A DNA stretch of 64,000 nucleotides from Dendrobates tinctorius (taxonomy: Eukaryota): NCBI RefSeq assembly GCF_039654945.1, contig NW_027361697.1, positions 41,726,001-41,790,000 on the forward strand. Direction: 5' to 3'. Of this stretch, positions 1-11,400 are shown one piece after another. The translations under genes were made by a program, and so were the position numbers. A model generated the notes under the pieces. The model did not search any database, was not told the DNA's origin, and saw only the letters and a program-made list of their open reading frames with translations. The stretch's first letter is position 1. Every line of letters begins with the position of its first letter.

Positions 1-59
1 TTCCAAAATCCATCTTCTCTGTAATATATGTCTATTCATGGCCTTTTATTTCAAAACCG

Positions 60-2553
60 GAATCACAAGATGAAGAGGAGCTCCCAGAAGAAGAAGGAAG
101 GGGTGGACAGACACCTGGAGTGGGCTCACAATTCGTAAGTTTTTTGCATCAAACGCAGAAACACAACATCACACTACACACAACACATAGAAAACAATGT
201 TCTGCAGACCACACACAGCAAACAAATGCCTACATCCAAAGACATCACTTTTTTTGTTTTCTTCTCTAGTCTTCCCAATCTGGTGCTTGGCCAAGAGGTG
301 CTCGCAGTGCCTCCCAGGGTCGTCGGCGACAGCAACGCGGCGGTCACCAGCGTGTAAGTATAAATATTTTTGCTTTGTTTTTTTGCACTTTTTATTTCAT
401 TTCTTTTGTGGAGGCTAATTATGTTATTTTTGTCTTTTTCTTTAACAGCCTTCACAGCGTGCTCCCGACTCTGACGTTGAGGATGGAGGGATTGATGTGG
501 ACCGCCTCATCGATCTCGTCAGAGAAAGGGAGCCGCTCTGGAATATGGCTGACCGCCGCCACGCTGACCTGATCGTTACCCGACGACTCTGGGAGGAAAT
601 CTGTTCGCTCCTTGTGGGCCGCTGGGAGGACCTCGATGTTCGGGCCCAGATTACAGAGCGTAAGTATATACAGTACCGGTTGCTTGATGTAAACCAGTGT
701 TTCCCGAACTCCAGTCCTCGTGGTCCCCACGGATCATGTGTTCAGGATTTCTATTTACTATGGAAATCCTGAAAACATGACCCCTGGGGACCATGAGGAC
801 TGGAGTTTGGGAAACACTGATGTTGTATACTAACCACTCCTTTCTCGTTTCAGGGAACAGAATTGTGAATCGGTGGCGGTCTGTGAGAGATCGTTTCAAG
901 AAGGAGTTCAATAAAGAGATGCGGGCCCCGAGTGGATCTGGAGGACGCAGGAGCAAGTACAAGTACGCAGAAGCCCTGTCGTTCCTCCGGGAAACAATGG
1001 TCACCAGAAGGTAAATATTACACACCACATGTGAAAAAAAATGTTAGATGTAAATTTTTTTTTCAGCCAGGGCCATACCATGTCAGTATTTTAATTGTTT
1101 TTTTTTCTCTTTATTCCACAGCACGGTGAGCAGCACTCGGGAGCCTGCACGATTGGACCCTTCTGAGGCGATCCCTGAGGAGACCGGCACCGAGGGACAC
1201 TTCGACCGCCCCGGTACATCTGCACCTTCCCAGCCTTCCCACACATTCGACCCATCTGTCCCATCCACCAGCACAGGAGCATCGTGGCCGCCTACATTAC
1301 ATGAAGCTGCTGGTGAGGAGATCGCTTTCCCTTTACCCCACCCTTCTGCCCCTGCCGCCTCTAGTACACCTGCGGGTACTGGGCGGCAGCGGCAGAGGGG
1401 TCAGGAAAAGACTTATGCGCCAGAGTTCTTGCATCTGAATGCATCTTTCCAGAACTGTCTAAAAGTCTTGTCAGAGCAAATCTCCGCAGGCTATCAGCAG
1501 ATCAACTCCAGCATTCTGGAGGTGAAGACACTTCTGCAAACCATGCATTCAGAAGCAAGATCTTCGCCAAACCACACCTTTTTCAGGTCTGTTGTGGAGC
1601 GCATGGAAACGCTCTCTCCTGCCCAGCAGATGCATGTAATGCATTCATGCCATGCTGCTCTCCAGCAAGTTACCTCCCAACCTCCTCCTCCTCCTCCCAC
1701 CACAGTAGTTCCTCCACCTGCACCCCCTCCAGCCACTTTCCATCCTCCCCCTCCTATTACATCTACACCCCCTCCAGCCACTTTCCATCCTCCCCCTCCT
1801 ATTACATCTACACCCCCTCCAGCCACTTTCCATCCTCCCCCTCCTATTACATCTACACCCCCTCCAGCCACTTTCCATCCTCCCCCTCCTATTACATACC
1901 ATCCACCTCCAGCCACTTTCCATCCTCCCCCTCCTATTACATACCATCCACCTCCCCAGCACCATCCACCTCCCCAGCACCATCCACCTCCCCAGCACCA
2001 TCCACCTCCCCAGCACCAGCCACCTCCCCAGCACCAGCAACCTCCCCAGCACCAGCAACCTCACCAGTACCAGCAACCTCCACAGTACCTGCAAACTCCC
2101 CAGTACCAGCAACCTCCCCAGTACCAGACATCTCCCCACTTCCAGCAACCTGCCCCGTACCAGACATCTCCCCACTTCCAGCAACCTGCCCCGTACCAGA
2201 CATCTCCCCACTTCCAGCAACCTGCCCCGTACCAGACATCTCCCCACTTCCAGCAACCTGCCCCGTACCAGACATCTCCCCACTTCCAGCAACCTGCCCC
2301 GTACCAAACTCCTTCCCCATACAACTTGCCATCAACATCATCTGCTCCTACAGTCCCTGCCCAACCCTCCACTCCACCACCCACCACCTCTTCTGCTTCC
2401 CACATGTCCACCCATTCAGTAGTTTTTTCCACACCTTCACCTCTAACTGTTCCTTCCCCACAACGATCCAAGTCCTCTCTCCACACTCCCAGTGTCGAAG
2501 TGTCCCGCAGCCCCTACAGCAGTATTTCCACCACACACTACACAGAATTATAA
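60..2553 (+). CDS. Harbinger accessory MADF (Myb/SANT-like) DNA-binding protein with BESS-like motif and Pro/Gln/His repeat tail; 5'-partial. Exons ~60-134, 270-353, 449-659, 854-1010, 1122-2553
   Basis: GT-AG introns join in frame to give LIDLVREREPLWNM...LWEEI...RWRSVRDRFKKE...YKYAEALSFL (MADF). SPNHTFFRSVVERMETLSPAQQMHVM is BESS-like. The acceptor before 60 reads CG rather than AG, so that exon's start is uncertain. Confidence 0.85.
1724..2310 (+). repeat. In-frame coding tandem repeats (45-bp, 18-bp and 36-bp units) in the MADF protein tail
   Basis: PPPATFHPPPPITST about x5, HHPPPQ/HQQPPQ/YQQPPQ about x9, YQTSPHFQQPAP about x5. Confidence 0.95.
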
Positions 2554-3814
2554 TGTGTGTATTTCTTCAGAGGTGTCCTCAATGGAAATGGGTTCCTTGC
2601 ATATAACAAAATTGTGGAGTACCACGCAAGCTTTGATCACCTCGTCCACAGTTTCTGTCTTGAGGTTGATCGCAGTCAATAGGACCCGCCATTTGGCTGT
2701 CAGAATACCAAAGGTACATTCAACCATTCTTCTTGCTCTTGTGAGGCGGTAATTAAAAATGCGTTTTGGTCTTGTCAATCCTCTGCTAGAGTACGGTTTC
2801 AAAAGGTGTTCTGACAGCTGGAAGGCTTCATCCCCTACACAGACAAATGGCATAGGTGGACCAGATGTTTGCGGCAGCGGTCTAGGTGGTGGGAACTGGA
2901 AGGTGTTTCCATACAGTTTACGCCCCATGGCAGACAGTTTGAAAACTTGAGAGTCATTGGAGCGGCCATAGGCCCCAATATCAACCGCAATAAATTTGTA
3001 TTCCGCGTCAGCGATGGCCATGAGGACAATTGAAAAATATTTCTTGTAATTGAAATATTCCGATCCAGATCCAGCTGGCTTTACAATGCGGATATGTTTC
3101 CCGTCCACAGCGCCCAAGCAGTTTGGAAACTGACATATCTGTTGAAACTTGTCAGCAATTTCAATCCACCTCTCTGTTGTGGGCTCTGGTAAAAACTCTT
3201 CAGCTAAGGAGTCCCACAGTGCACGGCATGTGTACTTCACAATTCCAGATATGGTGGAAATCCCGAGTCTGTACTGGAAATGCAGTGACGAAAGGGATTC
3301 TCCAGTTGCAAGAAATCTGTGGGGAATTAACAAACAATAAATTAGTTTTAAATCACAGCATTACATACCAAAACTGACCTAACACTTGGAGATACAAATT
3401 ACCACCAACAAGATTGCAGTGAAAGTGTGCTCTGATGCGATCATATCCAATAAATGTGGCTTACCTTAAAGTCACCATCAGACGCTCTGCGGGTGAAATG
3501 GAGAAGCGGCAATAGGTGTCCGCTTTTCTTATGAGGTGTGCAATGCGCTCCACCAAGTAATCAAAATTCTCCATTTTCATCCTAACATATCCAAAAAATG
3601 TATCCGGGTTTCGTCGAAGGTCCATGCATAGTGTAGAATAGACCCCACGCGTCATTCTCTTGGCTGTGATGGGGTGGATCCACAAACGTCGTCTACGATG
3701 CCTGATGCGCCGCTGTCTCGCTCTCTCCTTCTCCAGAACAATCACCCTCAAACGATTTGCCTCCGCTGTAAAATCCGCCAAATTCTTCAAAATATTTCCA
3801 ATGACAACATCCAT
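2548..3814 (-). CDS. Harbinger DDE transposase, 372 aa, 2 exons (3814-3465, 3316-2548), apparently intact
   Basis: The splice AG|GTAAGC...CCACAG|A restores ISPAERLMVTLRFLATG. Catalytic motifs GAVDGKHI, VGDEAF and RRMVECTFG are present. No stops or frameshifts. Confidence 0.93.
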
Positions 3815-4225
3815 CTTCGCCAGTAAACTTGCTCTTCTCTCCAACCTGCACTTTCTCCTCTACAACCTGTCAAAGAAGGGCTGTAGGAACATGCTATATA
3901 TAGTTTTCCAGTAGCCAATCCCGTTCGGAAGGCCACAAGGGTCAATTTTAAAAACCGGATCCGGCGTAATCCGTCGAAAAACGGATAGAAAAACGGATGA
4001 ACCGGATGAGACGGATCCGGTTTTGTCTGTCAAGAAAAAGACGGATCCGGCAAAAAACCGGATCCGTCACATCCGGTTTTACTAAACATTTGCCGGATCC
4101 GGCGTTCCGGCACGACGCCGGATCGCGCCTGACGCCGAAAACCTGATGTGTGAAAGTAGCCTAAGAGGAACAACACTGCTAATTAAAATAATTGAGGAAC
4201 ACAGAGTTTCATGAAGTGACAATTA

Positions 4226-4420
4226 GGCCGGGATCACACATGCGAGAAACTCAGACAGGTCTCGCATCTCAATACCCTGCACTGTCGCCGGCACTCGGGA
4301 GCGGAGCGTACGGCTGCATAGAAATACATGCAGCCGCAAGCTCCTGTCCGAGTGCTGGCGGCAGTGCAGGGTATTGAGATGCGAGACCTGTCCGAGTTTC
4401 TCGCATGTGTGATCCCGGAA
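4226..4420. mobile_element. Harbinger-type palindromic MITE
   Basis: GGCCGGGATCACACATGCGAGAAAC...GTTTCTCGCATGTGTGATCCCGG(AA), near-complete hairpin, TTA on both sides. Confidence 0.85.
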
Positions 4421-4868
4421 TTAGTGGGATATTCTGGTTCTATTGTTTGGCCCACAAAGTAACAGTACCACAAAATCAATCCTTGGCTGTCTGGCCACCA
4501 ACTGACCACATGCAGTGTCCTTTAATCAGTTCAAGGTAAGGCTATTTTCCCAAATTCTTAACCAGACATATGTTTTTCATCCATGCAGTTTATAGAGCTG
4601 TAAAATGAATTAAATCAATGATTTTGATTGGTAGTTGATTTATTTACCTACTTTTTATTTATTTTTCTTTCATTGCACACATTGAATCCTTCAGAAGGTC
4701 ATAAAAGACCTTTGAGGAGAACTACAACATTTTAAAACTTTTTTTTAATCTGATTTCCCTGTAAGTAGGGCTGGTATATTAGCCTCAGTAACAGTAAAAC
4801 TGCAGCCTCCTAACTACACAGCGGCGCTTCTGCTCCCTACCTACATCCAGAGACCACATGATTATTTA

Positions 4869-5123
4869 GGCTAAGTTCACACGTACCGGGGGTCTGCGGA
4901 CAGCTGCGTACTTCCTCCCTGATCTCCGCCCACTTCCACACTTCTTCCGTTTAGGTCCGCTTACTTCTTTATGCATGCTGCGTACCCAATGTTAAAGATA
5001 GGTACGCAGGATGCATGCAGAAGTAGACGGTCCTAAATGGAAGAAGTGCGGAAGTGGGCGGAGCTTCAAGGAGGAAGTACGCAGCCGTCTGCTAAGCCCC
5101 GGTACGCAAGTGTGAACTTAGCC
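4869..5123. mobile_element. Harbinger-type palindromic MITE
   Basis: GGCTAAGTTCACAC...GTGTGAACTTAGCC with TTA/TAA flanks; internally self-complementary. Confidence 0.85.
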
Positions 5124-5392
5124 TAAGTTGGAGGAGGATGGCACTAGGACTTCTTATAATTGTGCACAGCGCGTTTCTTCATCACTGGGTATACAGCGTT
5201 CGAGAAGGTAGAGACAGTAATAAACTGTCCCTGCCTTCTCTACGAGTAGCTCAACTGTGTCTGACATCCAGATCCTCACTCCCACAGCTGCACGGTCATG
5301 TGCAAGAGCTCTGCAATGCATGGACGTTTTAGAACGTTATTGCACAGTAGAACACAGACCGTCAGGATGTTTATTGGTCCACAAGTATTTAA

Positions 5393-5806
5393 AGGGAATC
5401 TGTCAGCAAGTTTTTGCTATATAATCTGAGGACAGCATGAGGTAGGGGTTAAAATACAGAATTCAATGATGTATAACATGTCAAGCTTTGTGCTGTTATT
5501 TACTTACACTGAAGGTCTTATCACCTGGTGATTATCTATGCTGTGACTAGCTGGTGCGTTCATGTTAGTCTAACTCCGCCCCTCCCGTGATAAGCAGCTC
5601 ACTGTCTATCAACAATGTACATGCAGAGCCTGGTGTGGGTGGGGGCAGCATCCTCAGCTTTGCTGCATCGCTAAATCTAAAAACTCTGACTGTGTCAGAA
5701 CAGCTGCACCCAGTAAACTAAGTGACACATTGTTGGATTCAGCTTCTCTTTGCCTACATCATGCTGCTCTCAGATGAGGAAGAAAAAACCTACTGATAGA
5801 TTCCCT
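5393..5806. mobile_element. Kolobok/T2-type MITE
   Basis: TTAA-AGGGAATCTGTCAG...CTGATAGATTCCCT-TTAG; related copy at ~24305-24710. Confidence 0.75.
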
Positions 5807-6484
5807 TTAGCTATCACAGTCTGTAAGCGTACTGTCCAGCACATCAATAGAAAGATCAGTCCATAGCATTCTCCTACTGTGTTCTTGACTCTTACAGCGC
5901 TTGGTACAGCCTTTCCCAGAAGGGGTACAGTGTCTGAGAACCTCAAACCTTATTATAAAACAGTTCTCTCCGGTGTTGCATATGTAAGATGGTGTAGTAG
6001 CTGCTCTGCTACAACGGATATATATAAACCATAACAATAACCAGGGAGTATGACAGTGAAAATATAGACTGTAGAGAAATGTATGAGGCTGCTGTGGACC
6101 ATCCTCCAGTTTAGGTCTTAGATTTGTTCTGATGGTGAGTGTTTTCAAATCATAATAAGCTCATCCCTCGTTATGATGTGTGTCTGTATGTATGTACAGA
6201 AAAACTGACTGATACAGGGAAACAGGAATGGAGGGGGAAAACATCTGGCATGTTTCCCAGAAAAGCCGTCCTTTCCAAGAACACTTAGATGCTACACATT
6301 CCATGTACATCATTAAGCATAGACCTTCCATAGTTGACGCGACCTCCTAGTATATTAGTTACTATGGTTGAAAAAAGATAGTAGAAAAAATAATTGGCAT
6401 ATGTTATGCTGATACAAAATGAACATAGATACTGATTACTCGTTCACGCTCCTTAAAGGAGTAGTCTCATTAAAATTTGCTACC

Positions 6485-7862
6485 AAAGCAACCTGGGCTT
6501 CCATAACCCCTCAGCAGTGCCACAGGCTGATCGCCTCCACGCCATGACACATTGATGCAGAAATCGATGCAAAAGGAGCCCCGACCAAGTATTGAGTGCA
6601 TTTACTGAACATAGACTTCAGTAGGCCAACATTTCAGATTTTAAAGTCATTTTCAAGCTGGTGTTATAAAGTACCGTATATACTCGAATATAAGCCGAGA
6701 TTTTCAGCCCAAAAAATTGGGCTGAAAGTCCCCCTCTCGTCTTATATTCGAGTCATATACAAAGGGGGTCAGAGGGGGAGGGGGGCGGGAGTGTCAGGTC
6801 ATACTTACCCGTCCTGACGCTGTGTCTTGAGCCCCCAGCTTCTCCCCGTGCTCTCTCTTCCTGCCTTCAGCGGTCACGTGGTGCCGCTCATTAAAACTCA
6901 TGAATATGCGCATATTCATGAGTTTTAATGAGCGGTACCACATGACCGCTGAAGGCAGGAAGAGAGAGCGCTGAGAAGCTGGGGGCTCAAGACACAGCGT
7001 CAGGACGGGTAAGTATAGCGATACTCACCTGTCCTGCGTCCATGGCTGCTTGCTGCTGTCTGTCATCGGTCAGTGACTTCAGACAGCAGAGGGCGCGGTG
7101 ACGTGGTTAGTGCGCGCCGCGCCCCCTGCAGTCTGAACGTCACTGACTGATGACGTGGCAGATAGCGGTGAGCAGCTATGGACGCAGGACACGTGAGTAT
7201 CTCAGGTGCCAGCAGTGACACCGGCATCTGACACCCAGCGACGGACAGGTGAGTATGTCTTTTTTTTATTTTTACATGCAGCAGCATGGGGCAGCATATG
7301 GCGGAACAATCTATGGAGCTTCTTATGGGGGCAGCATATGGGGGAATAATCTGGAGCTTCTTCTGGGGTCAGCATATGGGGGAACATTCTATGGAGCTTC
7401 TTATGGGGGCAACATATGGGGGAATAATCTGGAGCTTCTTCTGGGGTCAGCATATGGGGGAACAATCTATGGAGCTTCTTATGGGGGGCAGCATATGGGG
7501 GAACAATCTATGGCGCTTCTTATTGGGACACCATATGGGGGAATAATCTATGGAGCATTTCCCACCCTAGGCTTATACTCGAGTCAATAAGTTCTCCCAG
7601 TTTTTTGTGGCAAAATTAGGGGGGGTCGGCTTATACTCGGGTCGGCTTATACTCGAGTATATACGGTATTCTAATTTACTGAGATAATGACTTTTGGGTT
7701 TTCATTGTCTGTAAGCCATAATCATCAACATTAACAGAAATAAACACTGGAAATAGATCCCTGTTTGTAATGACTACATAATATATGAGTTTCACTTTTT
7801 GTATTGAAGAACTGTAATAAATTAACTTTTTGATGATATTTTCATTTTGTGAGATGCTTCTG
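6485..7862 (+). mobile_element. Old Tc1 remnant (transposase C-terminus plus right terminus), interrupted by a MITE
   Basis: Translates to KATWASITPQQCHRLIAS...DAKGAPTKY*. Ends ...TTTTGTGAGATGCTTCTG followed by TA. Confidence 0.75.
6674..7666. mobile_element. Tc2/pogo-like MITE with internal hairpins and a minisatellite
   Basis: TA-CCGTATATACTCGAATATAAGCCGA...TCGGCTTATACTCGAGTATATACGG-TA. Hairpin at 6801-7016, tandem repeats at ~7285-7560. Confidence 0.85.
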
Positions 7863-7926
7863 TATATGTTAAATGACCGCTGATAGAAGAGCATGTGACC
7901 AGACCAGTTCTAAAAAATAATAATTT

Positions 7927-7931
<5 letters not shown>

Positions 7932-7973
<42 letters not shown>
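7932..7973. repeat. (TA)n microsatellite
   Basis: About 21 TA units immediately 5' of the Gypsy LTR. Confidence 0.95.
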
Positions 7974-7978
<5 letters not shown>

Positions 7979-8434
7979 GAAACAGGTGGGAATAGTGGAT
8001 GAGGGCAGGTATATCTCGCCCAGATTCCTTTCCTATGTGGCCTAGTCTGGTCAGTATCGCACCTGCTTGCTAATGAATAATGGGAGGTGGATATAAAAGG
8101 ATGCAAGGTGGTTGTGTGAGTGTCTCAGCCTGGGAACACAGAGAGCCTGTCTGTGTGAGAGACACACGTGAGTGGAAGCAGTGCCCACTGCAACTGTGGT
8201 TTGGCTGGACGGGAGAAGCCCGCCAGTTGGTAGTTAGGTTGTCCATTGTTTAGTTAGTGCCGGACAGGCAAGGATTTGTTTTATGTTTTATTTCCTTTTG
8301 CATTGCTTTCACCATTAATAAACCTGACCCAGGGTCAGTTACACCCGAATCCCAGCTCTGCGCCTGAGTTTCATGCTGAACGCACGTGACCTTTGACCCC
8401 AGAAAAGGCGATCCCGGAGTGTTTTATCACATTG

Positions 8435-8452
8435 TGGTGGAGAACGCGGGCA
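8435..8452 (+). promoter_or_regulatory. Primer-binding site, probably tRNA-Ala
   Basis: TGGTGGAGAACGCGGGCA starts 3 nt after the 5' LTR and is near-complementary to the vertebrate tRNA-Ala 3' end (...GCCCGCAUUCUCCACCA). Confidence 0.75.
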
Positions 8453-8465
8453 TCACGTTGCAAGC

Positions 8466-11400
8466 ATGAGCATGGAGGACGTGGTGAAAGCGCTGGTACA
8501 GTCCACCGCCGTCCAGCAAGAAGCTAATCAGGTGATGATGGCCCAGCTGAAGGAGTTGGTGGACATGACAGTTACCGATCGTTCGCTTCTCCAGCAGGTG
8601 GCGCAGCGCTTGGCAAGCTTACCTGAGCTTAACCTGGAAGCCGAGTCGAGAGTGATTCACGTGAGTCGGTACTGGCAGAAAATGACGACCGAAGATGACG
8701 TCGAGGCATACCTGACCACGTTTGAACGAACGGCGGTGCGAGAAAAATGGCCGAAGGCACGATGGGCCGGCCTGATTGCCCCGTTTCTTTCCGGTGAGGC
8801 CCAAAAGGCTTATTATGACTTAGAGCCTGAAGCCGCGCAGGACTTTGACAAATTGAAAGCCGAGATCTTGGCCCAGCTGGGAGTGACGACCGCTGTCCGT
8901 GCACAGAGAGTGCATCAATGGACTTATCAGCCGGATAAACCACCGCGGTCCCAGATGTTCGACCTGATCCACGTGACAAAGAAGTGGCTACAACCCGAGG
9001 TGTTGACAGCGCCAGAGATAATCCAGAGAGTCGTCATGGACAAGTACCTGAGAGCTCTACCGCCAGCCCTGAGGAAGTGGGTAAGCCATGGAAATCCTAC
9101 GACGGCAGATCAACTGGTGGATCTGGTTGAACGTTACTCCGTGGCGGAAGGACTCCGAGACGACGCTACCCCACCTCGTTCTTCATCGTCTCCACGTGGA
9201 ACCGGTAAGACTGTTCCAGGGAGTAGGGGAGATGGAAAAATCCCTAAGACAGTGGGGGAGGAAAACGGGACTGCCCGCACTGCGAGGCCGAGAGTAACGA
9301 ACTATGGTCTAAGCAAGGGGCCCGTTAGGTGTTTCCGCTGCCAAGAGATGGGACATATTGCTGCGAACTGTCCGGTCACTACTGAACCCATGCAGTGCGA
9401 CGTCACAGACTCTAAAAACCGCATGTCTATGGTTGTACGGGTGGTGAGTGTGAATGCCGGTCAAAAGGATGTGGAAAAACACTTGTGTGATTTAATTGTT
9501 GATGGCAAAAATGTGGTGGCATTGTTAGACTCGGGAAGTGTGGTCACTCTGGTGAAGGCCAGTCTGGTGTCAGCCCCGACTGGACCATCAGACAAATTTT
9601 CTGTAACATGTGTGCATGGAGACACCTGTTCGTACCTCACCACGGTCATATGCATTACTACTTCCTATGGGTCTGTGCAACATAAAGTGGGACTCGTCCC
9701 GGCGTTATTGCATGATGTTATCCTGGGCCGGGATTTTCCCCACTTCTGGCAATTGTGGGAGAACCAGTTGATACCCCAGGGTAATAGTGTACATGATTCT
9801 TCTCCCAGGGTGCGTGTGGGTCCCGAACCCCTGGAAGAGGTCTCCCCGGAAGACTCTGGGGAAGAGTCTGCGGGAAATGACCTGCAGTTCTCGTTTTCAG
9901 TCATGGCGGGTGATACGGAGGAGACCGGGGAAGAGGAGGAGGCCGACAGCCGTCCACCTCCCCGTTTGCCGGATTTAGAAGTTCAGAAAGATGACTTCCA
10001 AAGCGAGCAAATAAAGGATCCTACCCTTTCTCAGGCTAGGACAAATGTAAAAGTGATAAATGGGGTACCCGTAGAACCTGGCTCTAGGCTGGCATATCCT
10101 TACATGGTTCTGGAGAATGATTTACTCTATCAGATAGAGAAAAAGGGGGAAGATACGGTGCAACTATTAGTCGTGCCAAAACTCTACCGGCGGCAGGTGC
10201 TGGACCTGGCCCACGGACATGTGATGGGAGGTCACCTGGGAGTCCAGAAAACCACCGAAAGGATATTACACTGTTTTGTTTGGCCAGGCATGCATCACGA
10301 TATTCGTGTATATTGTGAGTCTTGTCCTGACTGCCAAGCCTCTGCACCTAAGCCCCGGTTCTGTAGCCCTTTGGTACCCCTACCTATTATTGAAGTCCCG
10401 TTTGAGAGGATTGGGATGGATTTAGTTGGGCCCCTTCCACGGTCTGCACGTGGACACCAACATATCCTGGTCATCTTGGATTATGCCACTCGTTACCCGG
10501 AGGCCATCCCTTTGCTTAACACGGCCACCAAGACGATTGCCAAGGAACTGGTGCATGTGTTTAGTCGGGTCGGTATACCAAAACAGATACTCACCGACCA
10601 GGGGACCCCCTTTATGTCCAGGATAATGAAGGAGCTCTGCCGATTGTTACAAATCGAACCGTTACGCACATCCGTGTATCACCCTCAAACAGACGGGTTG
10701 GTCGAACGGTTCAATAAAACTCTGAAGCAGATGCTGAGAAAGGTGATAGACAAGGATGGGAAGAACTGGGACTATTTACTTCCGTATTTGCTTTTTGCCA
10801 TCAGGGAAGTACCCCAGTCTTCCACGGGATTCTCGCCTTTCGAGTTATTGTACGCCCGACGTCCTCGCGGACTGTTAGACGTTGCAAAAGAAACCTGGGA
10901 GGGTCAGGTCACTCCATTTAAAACAGTGATAGATCACGTCACACAAATGCAGGACCGTATTGCGGCTGTTATGCCTATCGTCTAAGAACACATGATACAG
11001 GCTCAAGGAGCCCAAAAAAGAATCTATGATAGGGGCGCCAAGATCCGTACGTTTACACCCGGAGATAGGGTGTTGATCCTGGTCCCCACGGTGGACAGTA
11101 AGTTCCTGGCAAAGTGGCAGGGCCCCTTTGAGATCAAGGAAAGAGTTGGTGAAGTAAACTACAAAGTATACCAGGCAGGTAAACGGAAACCTGAACAGAT
11201 TTATCATGTAAATCTGATAAAGCCCTGGAAGGATCGGTCTGCCTTGTCAGCGGAGCTGGCCCGTCCTGTCTGCTCGCATACCGTACCGGAGGTACGGGTT
11301 GCAGAGACTCTCTCGGAGCGGCAAAAAACTGAGGTCAGGCAGTTTCTACTTCACAACCAAAAGTTTTTCTCAGAAAAACCCGGGCAGACTATGCTAATGA

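Larger units (their letters stand above)
1..4161. mobile_element. PIF/Harbinger DNA transposon, two-gene autonomous-type structure; left end lies outside the window
   Basis: Right end ...GTGTGAAAGTAGCC (reverse complement GGCTACTTTCACAC) followed by TAA at 4162-4164. Subterminal CGGATCCG/ACGGAT repeats at 3955-4125. Convergent MADF and DDE transposase genes. Confidence 0.92.

Noticed and set aside
1494-2606. Overlapping alternative-frame and antisense ORFs
   Set aside because: Shadows of the low-complexity coding repeats of the MADF gene.
60-3814. Domesticated HARBI1/NAIF1-like host genes
   Set aside because: TIR, TAA flank and subterminal repeats show this is a transposon, so no gene symbol was assigned.
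10983-10985. Programmed stop-codon readthrough in the Gypsy ORF
   Set aside because: The stop lies within the integrase C-terminal region rather than at a gag-pol boundary. A nonsense mutation is the simpler explanation.
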